Shown here: positions 40,831 to 53,407 of the stretch, piece after piece
Position numbering within the stretch: position 1 is the stretch's first letter
Layout: every line of letters starts with the position of its first letter
Assembly (NCBI GenBank): GCA_951406725.2
Contig: OX597836.1
Span: 7,564,001 to 7,628,000 of the forward strand
Source: Octopus vulgaris
Lineage: Eukaryota
DNA: 64,000 bases
Direction: 5' to 3'
Translations under genes and position numbers: made by a program
Notes under the pieces: generated by a model
Database searches by the model: none
Told to the model about the DNA's origin: nothing
Seen by the model: the letters and a program-made list of their open reading frames with translations, nothing else

Positions 40831-43800
40831 GTATATATATGTGTACACATGCTCTCACTTTTAATTCCCTGACATTTGCCAATGCAAGAACTTCTGTAAT
40901 TCAAATAAAATATTCCAAATCGTTGGAAGACATGTTCTTCGTTGACCTCTGACCTGACTCAAATATCTCATGCACTCAATGACCTGCTTCTTATTCATTT
41001 TCCACATTTTGAATTTTTCATTTTTCATTCTTTATACAACACACTGATAAACTTCATTCGTTTGGGCTTTTTTCTTCTTTTTGTTTTCTTCATTTTTTTT
41101 TTTTGGTTTTTGTTTAATTAATTAATTTTTTTTTATAAAATTAATTAATTTTTTTAAAAATTTCAATTCCAATTTCAAGCGTTCTCTGTCTGAATCGGTA
41201 GCGCGCCAGACAAGAATGCCTTGTGGTATTTAGAGTTGTGTGTGTGAGTCCCGTCTATGACCCCCCCCTCCATTTTGTTGACAGTGAATTGGCAGAACTG
41301 TTACAGCGTCAGACAAAATTGCCTTGTAGTATTTGTCGTAACTTTGAACTATAAGTTCCAAGTTCAAATCTCACTGAGGCCAACATTGCCTTTCATTCTT
41401 CTAGGGTCAATACAATGAAGTAAGAGTCGAGTAATGGGGTCGATTAAATATTTGTATAACGCATAGTCGATGTGAGTGGAATTACATAATAGAAGACAAG
41501 ATGTTCTGAGTTCAAATCCTGCAAGAACTCAAACTTTGAATTCCATCCTTCCAGGGGGAACAACAGACATATAAAACAGAGTACAGGAGTACAGAGCCAG
41601 TGAAGTACTGAGGAATTGATGTGGCTGAATATTTCCTTCTCTGTGAACCAAAAAAAGAAAAAGAAAGAAAGAAAGAATTTTCTGGTCTTGTGCTTATGCT
41701 AGAAATCCTATTTTTGAAATCTTTCTGGTTTTCTGATTTCAGTTTTTATTCAAATTTCTTTTATATATATAAACAAAAAAAATATTTTTTATTGAAAAAG
41801 AAAAAAATCTCAGAAAAATTTAAACAAAAAAAAAATATATATATATATACACATATATATAAATGGAAAGAAAATTTGTTTTATGGAAAAATTTTTAAAA
41901 ATAACTTTACAAAAAAAAAAAAAACACCAAAGAAAAAGGATTTGTAGTAAGCAACAATCCAGCAACAAGGAATTAAAGATTATCTGCTGACCAACTGATC
42001 GACTGACCAACCCAGAATGTATATGATAAAGTAATTAATCTATTTTGTGCTGTTTTATATCCTGCAGTTTTGTGACCAATAGTGTTATTGGTTATTGATT
42101 TCCAATGAGCTAATCATTGATTCCCTTTGTTTCTGACGACGAGAGCAACATTTCAGCTTAATTATAAATATCAATATTACGCATTTTTTTGTTTGTTCTA
42201 TGTATTCGATTAGTGGCAGTTTTCTTAATTAAGTGTATATCTGTCTCCAATACATATATACACACCTACATACATGTATAGACACCTACATACATCTATA
42301 CACATACATTCATACATACATGGTGAATTAATGCGGAACTTGACTATAAATTCTCATTTGTATGTTTCATCATGTAGAGGCACATGGCCTAGTGGTTAGA
42401 GAAGTGGTCAAGGGATCGTGGGTTCGAATCTCAAACCAGGCGATGTGTGTATTTATGAGTGAAACACGGCTCCAGCAGAAGATAATGGCGCACTTCTGCT
42501 GACTCTTTCACCACAACTTTCTCTCATTCTTTCCTCCTGCATCTAGAAACTCACCTGTGATGGACCAGTATCCCATCCAGGTGGGGAACCTATACGCCAA
42601 TGAAAACGGGAAACCGGCCCTTATGAGCCAGGCATGGCTCGAGAAGGACCAAACAACATGTTTCATCATAGGTGCATTAGGCTATGTACCTGCAAATTTA
42701 CACAAAGAAAGAGAAAAAGAAACTGATGTGGCTTCTCCAAATCCAATCTATTAATGGTAGAGTAAAGATTTATAAGACATTCTGAAGATTCTCCACCTGA
42801 GATTCTTTCAGGAGAATAGATGAACACACCCAAATGTGTGTATTGACAGCTCAACCAACACACAAACTCAATGACATATTTACAAACACCAAGAAATCTT
42901 TTCACCCAAAAGTCTTGTCGCTTTGTTAGCAACCAGCTTGATGTCTCTTAAGAAGAACTTAAATAAAACTCAAAGAAAAAATAATTCGTATATGTATGTG
43001 TGTATGTGTATGTCAGGCTTCTGCAAGTTCTATTTACCAAATTCCTCCCAAAAAGAATGAGGCAACCTGACTTAGACCATGGTTGATGATGATATATGCC
43101 CCTGTGCTCTGGGATTGAACCTGGAATAATGTGAATGAGAAACTAATAATAAAATTCTTATGACCATACATTTCTAGGAAATTCTGCAGAAAACCAGTTT
43201 ATCTGAAGCATTTTTTGGACAGTTCTCCTATGATGGTAACTGGGCACACACTCCGAGTTTGCATTCGGAAATATTAACTTGATTTTCTTTTGGTGCAAGG
43301 CTGAGCTAGCCATGTGTATGTATTCGTGCATTAGTGTGTGAATGATGACAACGATGACAATGATGTTTCCGGCGCCTTACATACAAGTTTTTGCCTGCTT
43401 CTTAAACTAGCTGACCCTTGCTTGTTCACCATTAGGCCTTAGGACCTTTCTCTCACTTCAGTTTTTGAATGTCTTGTTGAAATATTTGCTGTTAACTCCA
43501 CCAACATCTACCCCTTTGTGGTTGGCTTTTGGGCTCTTGGGCCCTTGCTGGTTTTCATGTTCATTATAGCATCCCTTCCTTTTGTGTGTGTGTGTGTTAC
43601 AAATTCCCAAAACATTACTGGCTCTGCCTCAGAAAAAAAACTGTTCTCCTGTATAAACGAACGTAGGAACATCTACATGGTCATTTAACCTGCTAGAAAT
43701 CAGAGCTAAACCTCTCTTAAATTAAATTGTAACATCTTGAAGAAGAAGGGACACATCGGATATTGTAGTCTTAGATGTACAATGTCTACGAGAAAAACAG

Positions 43801-44859
43801 GATGGTGACAACCAATTTGTTCAAATGTCTACTCACTTCTGTGCTGACTTAATAAACAACAACAGCAACAATAACAAAAACAGAGACCTGGAACTCTGTT
43901 GAAGAAACGAAGAATCAAAACAAAAAAAATAATAATAAAACCCAAGGCAGCACTAAAAAAAGCAACAAAACAAAGAAAGTTTCATGCCAGACTTTTAAAC
44001 TTTCAAGCTGCGATTCCTTTCATTCCAAAAATGACACACCATTAATAATGGTATATGTCGACAAAACACTAACGATATATTCTTATAAACTTGATTAATT
44101 ATACCTCAAAGAAATCAATGTAGTTCTTTAAATATATTTTCATTTTTATTTTTAATATTTCTTTTTTTTTTGGTCATGTTTTGATCTGTACACAACTAAA
44201 TATGTTAATGAGCTAATGAGCTGACTTTGGTGTGTTCTGTTGGCTTACTAGAAACTAAGGGCAATGAATGGAAGGAACATTAATTCCAGGGGCAAATAAT
44301 ATTAACCCCCCCTCTTGGCTGTTATTCATAATTCTTAATGCTTCAAATTCTAAGCTCTTACGTGAAGAAAACAATAAAACTGAAACGTTTTAATAAGCTT
44401 TAAGAATTCTTAACATTTGAACAACATAATTGCATGCAAACAATTATAATATTTTACCAAGCAATTGTTGCAAACTTATTGACATTGAATATGATATATG
44501 TGTGTGTGCATGTGTGCGTGCATGCGTGTGTACATGTGTGTGTGTGTGATAACCAGGCATACACGGACATCCACGAGACATCTTATTTCACTTCATCAAG
44601 GTATTTTTTTCGGTTGTAGATTGCTCTGCAACTAATTAGAAAATTTGTTGGGGCTGTGATCTGTGAACAATGTCTGTATGAAATAAAATCAATAAACAGA
44701 AAAAGAAATTGAATCTTGAATATAACCACAGAAAGAAAATATGCATATATTTATCTTACAGTAAACTTTCCGGGACATCAAGATGTTTCTGTAACACTTG
44801 CTTCATCAAATGATACATATAAGACTTATAGTGTACAGGGTTTCTACTGATTATACCTA

Positions 44860-44894
<35 letters not shown>

Positions 44895-45184
44895 ATCTAT
44901 CTATATATATATATATATATATATCTTTCAGTAGAAATACTAGATACTATAAGCCTATCATACACTATATTTTTAATGTAGGCCACTGAAAGAAAGACAT
45001 GTCTAATTAATCACAGTATTTACGTTTTTACAGCATGTTGAAGAATATATGTTGCCTAATTATATGTCTAGAGTATATATATATATGTATGTATATATAT
45101 ATACACACACACACACACACATATATATATACCTGCAAATGGATGCACGACATTCAGCATATACATACACACACATATATATAT

Positions 45185-45603
45185 ACATGCATATATGGGT
45201 ACAGGATGTCACCAGCAGTAAAGAACATGAAATACGAAAGGAAATGAGTTAATATACAAACAATGAGAGAAACAAATGGAAAACAGGACAAGTAACATAA
45301 AGAACGACCCTTCATCAGTTGTCGGCTGTCTATCTACTCATTTTGAGCATTCAACGAGAATATGAGTCTTCAAAGATAGTTGCTCCCATAGGTATCTACG
45401 GGAGCAACTGTCTTCGAAGACTCATGTTGTCGTTCAATGCTCGAAATGAGGATTAGATAGACAGCCGACAACTGACGAAGGGTCGTTCTTTATGTTACTT
45501 GTACTGTTTTCCATTTGTTTCTCTCGTTTGCGTATTAAACTCATTTGCTTTTGTATTTCATGTCGTTTACTGTTGGTGACATCCTGTACCCATATATGCA
45601 TGT
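45185..45603. repeat. Long inverted repeat (~207-bp arms, 4-nt loop)
   Basis: Left arm 45185-45391 and right arm 45396-45603 are reverse complements with scattered mismatches; loop gtat. Confidence 0.92.
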
Positions 45604-45623
45604 GTGTGTATATATATATATGC

Positions 45624-45668
<45 letters not shown>

Positions 45669-46512
45669 TACTTAAATACACACACATGTATATACATCAT
45701 GTAGGCCAGTAATTTTTGTTTATATCAAGGAATCAGCTAAAAAGGAAGAAATAAAAAAGAAAAAAGTGACCAATGAATATTTTTCTTTCAGCAATATTTT
45801 ATTCTGTAATTCAGGTGTTACAAGGGGACAGGAGGAGATTATTTAAAAAAAAAAAAGGGGGGACTACACTCATGATTCTTTTTGCTTTTTTAGGGGACTC
45901 TAAGACCAGTAGGAAAGGGAAGAGATGAAGTTATCCTTCAGATCAGAGATTCGACCCAAATGCCTAATTGTTTGATTCATTTAAAGGTAACCACCTGTCC
46001 CTAACAAGGGTCAGGAGATGAAGGTATTATTAAAAACACAGGGCAACATATAATTATTTTTAACCATTTCTCCAGCCTTATTTTCTCATATTTCAAGAAG
46101 AAACACAAAGGAACAGAGCTGAATATATACATGTTGCTTGCATATTGACCAATTATAGTATATACATATATATAATATAATGTAATATTATATATATAAA
46201 TATATATATATATAGTATAATATATATATATATATATGGCCTGCTCGCTTAGCCAGCAGGGTGGCGTCATTCGAAGGCTAAAACAATGCGAACGCATTGT
46301 GATTAGCGATGTGTAACAACATCTGATGGTCTGGTCCGTCACGTGATCATGTGATATATATATAGTATAATATATATATAGAATAATATATATATATATT
46401 CATTTATTGTATTATATATATATATGTATACATATATATATTATATATGATATATAATAAATATGATATGTGTATGTACATATATATATATATGCACACA
46501 CACACATATATA

Positions 46513-47826
46513 CAGGGTTGCCCAGAAGTCATGAAGGGGTTTCAATATTTAATATCTTGTTTGTTTCAAAATTATGATGTTTTAGAAGGTAAGTTATAGA
46601 AAAAGGATGTGATATTTATTTCCCTTAGATGTGAAAGATGACATCTTTTAAATGATGTCCATTTTCCAGTTCACATAAGCATGCTCTTTCTAAGGCATTT
46701 TCCATACCAGTCATTAACATTTGTTGCTCCAGTTGTCTAATTTTTGTTCTAATGTTATTTTTCAAGATCTGCAATTGTTTGGGGCTTGTTGACATAAACT
46801 TTTTCCTTAAGATAGCCCTAGAGAAAAAAAAATGTCTGGGGCAGTTAGATGTGAAGAACAAGATGGTCAATTTATCACTAAAAATCGAGAAATTAATTTT
46901 CTCTCAAAAATTTGCCTGAGTATTCCCATTGTGTTCCTTGCTGTGCGAACTGTGGGTCCTTCCTGCTGAAACCAGACACCAGACATATTCTTGAACTGTT
47001 GAACATAAGAAATTTTGAATCCTGGAGTGGTATGCATCGCCAATGACAGTGAGTGTCTCCATCCTCATTTTCATAGAAATAAGGTCCTATCACTTTTTCT
47101 GAAGTCATCTCACACCAGACATTATACTTTAAGGGATGTAGTTCTCTTTGATGAATTGCCATAGGATTTTCTGAACCCCAAATCCTGCAGTTTTGTTTAT
47201 TAATGAATCCACTCAAATGAAACTGGGCTTCATCTGACATAATCAATTTATGGAGAAATTCTGGATTTTCTCTTGCTAATTCTTGGAATCTCGTGGCATA
47301 TTGTAACCTAGCAGCCTAATCTAGTTCTTTCAGCTGTTGCACCAATTGGATTTTATACGGAAAAAGATCCATTATTTTAAAAATTTGTTGGGGTGATGTC
47401 CTGCAGACTCCAACTTGACCAGAGCATCTTCCCATTGATGTTGTCAGGTCTTCTTCCATGCTCTCCCTCACACGCCTGACCATGGCTTCATTTCTAATAG
47501 AGCGAGGTTTGCCTATCCTTGGAAGGTCACGTACTGATCCTTGATCTACAAAACGACCAATTAATCGCCTGGCCATTGATTCACTTGGACAATCCATTGC
47601 TCCATAATGACAACGATATACTCATTGAGTCCGAATTATTGACCCCTGGTTTTAGTTTTGGTTTCAGTAACAAAATTTCACTTGTGTTCACTGTTCAGTA
47701 GGGCACTTTTCTATGCTTCAATTTTTATGGTCTTTTTTATATGAATCTGAAATAAAATAAAAATTAAATAATTATTAAAAAAGTTATTAAATATTGAAAT
47801 CCATTTGTGACTTCTGGGCCACCCTG
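46513..47826 (-). mobile_element. Full-length decayed Tc1/mariner-superfamily transposon (rosa/DD41D-like), 1314 bp
   Basis: TA TSDs; TIRs cagggttgcccagaagtca.../...tgacttctgggccaccctg; minus-strand transposase pieces GSVRDLPRIGKPRSIR, LFPYKIQLVQQL, IMSDEAQFHLSGFINKQNCRIWGSENP, VIGPYFYE, NGHHLKDVIF broken by stops and frameshifts. Confidence 0.92.
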
Positions 47827-48059
47827 TATAATACATACATACATATATACATACATACACATATATATGACATCTTGTCTGCGAAAGAATGAATCTATTT
47901 TCTCAATCATTATCATCATCATCTTCATCATTATTATTATTATTAGGTTATATTGTTTTTTTTACTAACCCTTCTGTTGTCAGAGAAAACTGATAATCAT
48001 TCGGTGTTCTATGGAATTCGATCTGTTTCCTTGTATTTATTTCAGCAGCAGCAATCCTT

Positions 48060-48158
<99 letters not shown>

Positions 48159-48184
48159 TCTCTCCCTCCCTCTCTCTCTCGCTC

Positions 48185-48471
48185 GCTCGCTTACTTGCCG
48201 GGTAACCATGTACCTCTCCTACAGCAAGACACCCGTTCCTGTCTCACTCTCTCTCTCTCTCTCTCTCTCTGTCTTTATTTATCTATCTATCCATCCATCT
48301 ATGTGTATCTCTTTCTTTCCTCTATCTCTCTGTAGACACTTTTCTCTTCTCTTGCTTTGTCTCTTTCTCTCTCTCTCTTTCTCTTTCTGTCTGTCCCTCT
48401 CTCTCCCTCTCTCTCTTTCTCTCTTGCTTGCTTGCCAGGTAACCATGTACCTCTCCTACAGCAAGACACTC

Positions 48472-48523
<52 letters not shown>

Positions 48524-48626
48524 TTATTTATCTATCTATCCATCCATCTATGTGTATCTCTTTCTTTCCTCTATCTCTATGTAGCCACTTCTCTCTTCTC
48601 TTGCTCTTTCTCTCTCTCTCTCTCTT

Positions 48627-48657
<31 letters not shown>

Positions 48658-48660
48658 TTC
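48185..48660. repeat. ~238-bp tandem duplication within (CT)n
   Basis: ggtaaccatgtacctctcctacagcaagacac and the sequence after it occur at ~48201 and ~48438. Confidence 0.85.
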
Positions 48661-49307
48661 TCTCTCTCTCTCCCTCTTACCAAATAAACTTATAAAAGGT
48701 TTTTGTTGTTTATTTCATTTTCTACTTTGCAAAACATTTCATTTTCAAAACCAATCGAGCAATTGACCAAAGGGCAAAAATACCTTGTGGTATTTGATTA
48801 CCTCCCATAACATTGTGATTACAAATCCTATCCAAGTTCACACCACCATCCACCTTTCATATGCCAATAAATAATTAAATACCAATTAACATATATAAAT
48901 GGTGCTGTAGCATGACCATAGCAACTTAAATGAGTTAAAGATGGTAAGAAAGCAAAAATCTTACATATTGCAATGGAAATAAGTAATTTCTGCAAGGCAA
49001 GAAATACTGGACAATGTAAGACACCCAATAGCTGATGAACATTAATAAGGTAGAAACAGCTTTGACCCCTTCACAGTGAAGTTGTATAATAAACATGACA
49101 ACTACCATCTATGACTGTTATGTATCTAGTAAGTCTAATTCAGTTTAATTTATTTACAAATATAGCAATTGTTAAAATCTTTGGATACATCCCATAGGCA
49201 ACATTGATATACACATACATAAATATGTATATATAAATATATGTGTGTGTGTGTATCGGTGTGGTTGGCGTTAGGAAGGGCATCCAGCTGTAGAAACTCT
49301 GCCAGAT

Positions 49308-49680
49308 CTTCCAAACAATAATTCTGAGCACCTTTTCAAACTCCACCCGTCTAACACCCGTGGACATATTTACAAAGTCAGAAAACAGCACAGCTCCCAT
49401 GACTTTCGGAAACATTTTTTCATGCTGAGAGTTGCTGAAGCATGGAACAAACTGCCTGCATCAGTTCTTAGTTCTCGGAGCATTGCATCCTTCAAAACTT
49501 CCATGCTTTCTGAGATTCGCCAACACTACTGATTTTCTCCCCTCCATACACACAAGCAAACATGTATCTGACTCATGCATTGTTCACTTTCCAGACATTT
49601 GTACATTACTGCATGTACTTTATACACATTTTCTGACAAGTTGTGGTGCACCTGAGCACTGTATACAATAATTTCATTAT
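49308..49680 (+). mobile_element. CR1/L2-type LINE 3' end
   Basis: Encodes DFRKHFFMLRVAEAWNKLPASV (CR1 C-terminal FF..RV...WN.LP..V) plus 3' UTR and (ATT)n tail; related pieces at ~15720-16040 (+), 29095-29370 (-), 32200-32325 (+), 53250-53400 (+). Confidence 0.8.
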
Positions 49681-50257
49681 ATTATATTACATACATAAAT
49701 ATGTATATATAAATATATGTGTGTGTGTATTGGAGTGGTTGGCGTTAGGAAGGGCATCCAGCTGTAGAAACTCTGCCGGATCAAGATTGGAGCCTGGTGC
49801 AGCCATCTGGTTCGCCAGTCCTCAGTCAAATCGTCCAACCCATGCCAGCATGGAAAGCGGACGTTAAACGATGATGATGATGACTGGTGACTGAGACCAT
49901 TGGGTATGTGCTGTGCTTGAGAGGGACCATCAAGCCAAGTGCATTCATGCTGGTGGCATGTATATATATATATATCACCGTGACCGACCAGGCTATCAGA
50001 TGTTGCTACACATCGCTGGTCACAATGCGCTTCACAGTGTTTTACCCTTCAAATGACACCACCCCGCTGACAGAAGAAAGAGTGAGAGAAAGTTGTGGCG
50101 AAAGAGTACAGCAGGGATCGCCACCACCACCCTGCCAGAGCCTCATGGAGCTTTATGTGTTTTCGCTCAATAAACACTCACAACGTCCGGTCTAGGAATC
50201 GAAACCGTGAGCCTACGACCGCGAGTCCACTGCCCTAACCACTGGGCCATTGCGCCT

Positions 50258-50309
<52 letters not shown>

Positions 50310-50310
<1 letters not shown>

Positions 50311-50394
50311 CACTTTATTTAAAGCAGCAGAAAATTCAAAAAAACCTGTTACTCTGAGTTTCTGTTGAATTTTCTGCTGCTTTAAATAAAGTGT
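50310..50394. repeat. Perfect 30-bp inverted repeat with 25-nt spacer
   Basis: acactttatttaaagcagcagaaaattcaa ... ttgaattttctgctgctttaaataaagtgt. Confidence 0.9.
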
Positions 50395-51200
50395 GTGTAT
50401 ATATATATATATGTGTGTGTATATATATATATGTGTATATATATATATTGTAGACATATAAACAGGGAAAATTTAATAATTTCTCCCTAGATTGAAAAGA
50501 AATATCAAACAGTCTTAATTGGTTCTTGGACTTCATTGGAGTCTCAGCAGAGACGTCTTCATTGCTTTGTCTAGTCCCAGAGAAATGGGCAACCAATCTG
50601 TCTATGTACTCAACAAGTCCAGTCCCTACAGAGAACTTGAACTACTAATTTGCATATGATGTTTAAGGTATATAATTTGCATACCGTATGTATGTATTAT
50701 CAGGATCATGTCAACAGGGATCTTAGTCTACACAGTATCGAGATGTGGATATTACAGAAAACCTTTGTAGTAGATTTATAAACAGGGCAGATTAAGCTAT
50801 TTCTCCGTAGATTGTACAAATGGTGAGCAGCCTCCAGGCAGAATGTTCTTGATTATAACATAGGAACTGGTCTGAATGTTACAGAAGGTTTTGTGCCAAC
50901 TATTATGCTTGGCAATATTGACTGCTCTTGTGTGTGTGTGTGTGTGTATCTGTCTGTCTGTTTATATATACATGTATGTAAACACGTGTGTGTATATATA
51001 TATATATATATACATACACATATAATTATTCATGTAAATACATATATATATGTATGTATATAAGTATGTATATATATATATGTATGTTTATATGTATATG
51101 CATGTATATATATATATATATGTTTATATGTATATGCATGGATATATATTTATATGTATGCATGTTTATATATATATACACATACATACATACATGTATA

Positions 51201-51246
<46 letters not shown>

Positions 51247-51289
51247 TATATATATGTACATATTTATATATATATATGTACTTTATATT

Positions 51290-51320
<31 letters not shown>

Positions 51321-52609
51321 GTATGTATATATGTCTGTGTACATGCACACACACACACACATATAAACACACACCCTCCTTATTGTTGCATGCACAACCC
51401 ATTGTAATTTCCTTCGTTTTCATTTCATGCAACAACACGGACAACACAGATGATCAATAAATGCTTATCTTGATCTGTAACGAGTCTGTTGTTTCCCAAT
51501 TCACCAATTAACGAGACCAAACCACGGAGATGCTAAACCAATTCCGTCTTTGATTCCTAACGATGCTGCAATATACTTTTTGCCACACTTCTACACATAA
51601 TCAAGCACTTCAACATGTTCCACCTTTATTCCTACCAAATGTTGATTGAAGAACTGTCTGTAAGAATTATTTTGGAAGTTTATTTATAGTTGCAGGTGTA
51701 GCTGTTTGGTTTGGAATTTTGGTTCCAAACCACATGGTTTTGAGTTCAGTCCCACTGCACGGTATCTTTGCTAAGTGTCTTCAACTGAAACCTGGGGCAA
51801 ATCAAAGCCTTGTAAATTTTCCTTCATCATCATCATCATCATTGTTTAATGTCCACTTTCCATGCTAGCATGGGTTGGACGATTTTGACTGAGGGCTGGC
51901 GAACCAGATGGCTGCGTCAGGCTCCAATCTTGATCTGGCAGAGTTTCTACAGCTTGATGCCCTTCCTAACTCTCCAACCACTCCGAGAGTGTAGTGCTTT
52001 TTATGTGCCACCAGCAGGGGAATATGTATGTATGTACGTATGTATGTACGTATGTATGTAAGTATGTATGTATGTATGTATTTATGTATGTACGTATGTA
52101 TGTATGTATGTACGTATGTATGTACGTATGTATGTATTGTACCTATATAAACAGGGATTCCTCATAATATGAGGGATTAACTGGCTCTGGAGATTAACTG
52201 ACTCATTCAGCAAATTTGCCTTTGGTAGCTGATCATTTTGAAATTATTAATTTAGGGATAGCACCATTATTGGTACTGCAGTGGAAAGAATCATTCAAGG
52301 TTTGTCATCATCTGCACCATTATCATAATCATTTAATGTCCAGTTGCATGGGTCAAATGGAAGTTGTTGAAGCAGATTTTCTATGGACAGACACCTTTCC
52401 TGTCTCCATCCCTCACCTGTTTCGAGGTGATGATGAAGGTGTGTTAGATTGTTGGTATGGCTGTTTTTGTATATGTGGAATAGTATTACAGGATTGTTGG
52501 TATGGCTGTGGAATAGTATTATAAACTCATGCTTTTGATATATATATATTTCCAAAATAACTCCTTATACTGAACTCTACTATTTTCCTCTAGTTAACTC
52601 CCTCATATT

Positions 52610-52657
52610 GTCTCTGATGAAGGGATATCCCTAATATCCCAAAAACAGCTGTATGAC
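52610..52657 (+). ncRNA. Degenerate minimal hammerhead motif (probably inactive)
   Basis: gtct-CTGATGA-a-gggatat-cccta-atatccc-aAAAA-cagctg-TA-tgac; G12 of GAAA is replaced by A; palindromic helix III ACAGCTGT. Confidence 0.5.
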
Positions 52658-52858
52658 TACCTTTCTCTTTAAAAATGTCCTATAAGTTCCGCACAGCCTT
52701 GGCTTTGTTGTCTCATTTTATTTAACATATACATGCTGATACAAGACCTGCAATAGACTCATCACTCATATTATTATTGAGCCGAGAGTCTACTGTCCTC
52801 CCATAGCACTTACATAGCCTTACCTGCCACCTTCGGTCTTCTGGATACCAATACCTCT

Positions 52859-52889
<31 letters not shown>

Positions 52890-52960
52890 CCATCCATCCA
52901 TCCATCCATCCATCCATCCACCCATCCACCCATCCATCCATCCATACATACATACATACA

Positions 52961-52996
<36 letters not shown>

Positions 52997-53369
52997 TATG
53001 TATATATACATATATGTATGCATGTGTATGTATATATATATATATATCCAATGAAAAGAAGAAGACAAAGAAAATACTTTGACATATCTTTAATATAAGT
53101 TACAATTATTCCTGTACCATCCCTATTTGCAATGTCAGTTTACACGAAAATTCTAAATGAAAAATCACGTAATATTTGTGGCTTTAGACATCAGAGAGGC
53201 ATTTCAGCAGACTTGCATCAAAGGTGTGTGTGTGTATGTATATATATATTTGTTGACTGCCATGATACTGCATCCTTTAAGACCCTCATGCTTTCCGAAA
53301 TCCGCCGAAACTACACCTGATTATATATACACTTTAGATGAGTTGTAGTGCACCTGAGCACTGTACACA

Positions 53370-53407
<38 letters not shown>

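Noticed and set aside
40900-44700. Exact poly(A) site of the arrestin gene
   Set aside because: Several AATAAA hexamers (40904, 44373, 44682, 44691) occur in AT-rich DNA; one cannot be chosen without transcript data.
45435-45490. Hammerhead within the long hairpin arm (CGAAA...CTGACGA)
   Set aside because: Helices I and III could not be formed by eye, and no GAAA follows the core.
47953-48687. 244-aa Leu/Ser-rich ORF
   Set aside because: Derived from (CT)n repeats and a local tandem duplication.
49026-49066. CTGATGA...GAAAC hammerhead-like spacing
   Set aside because: No convincing helix II or helix I pairing; at best a heavily decayed relic.
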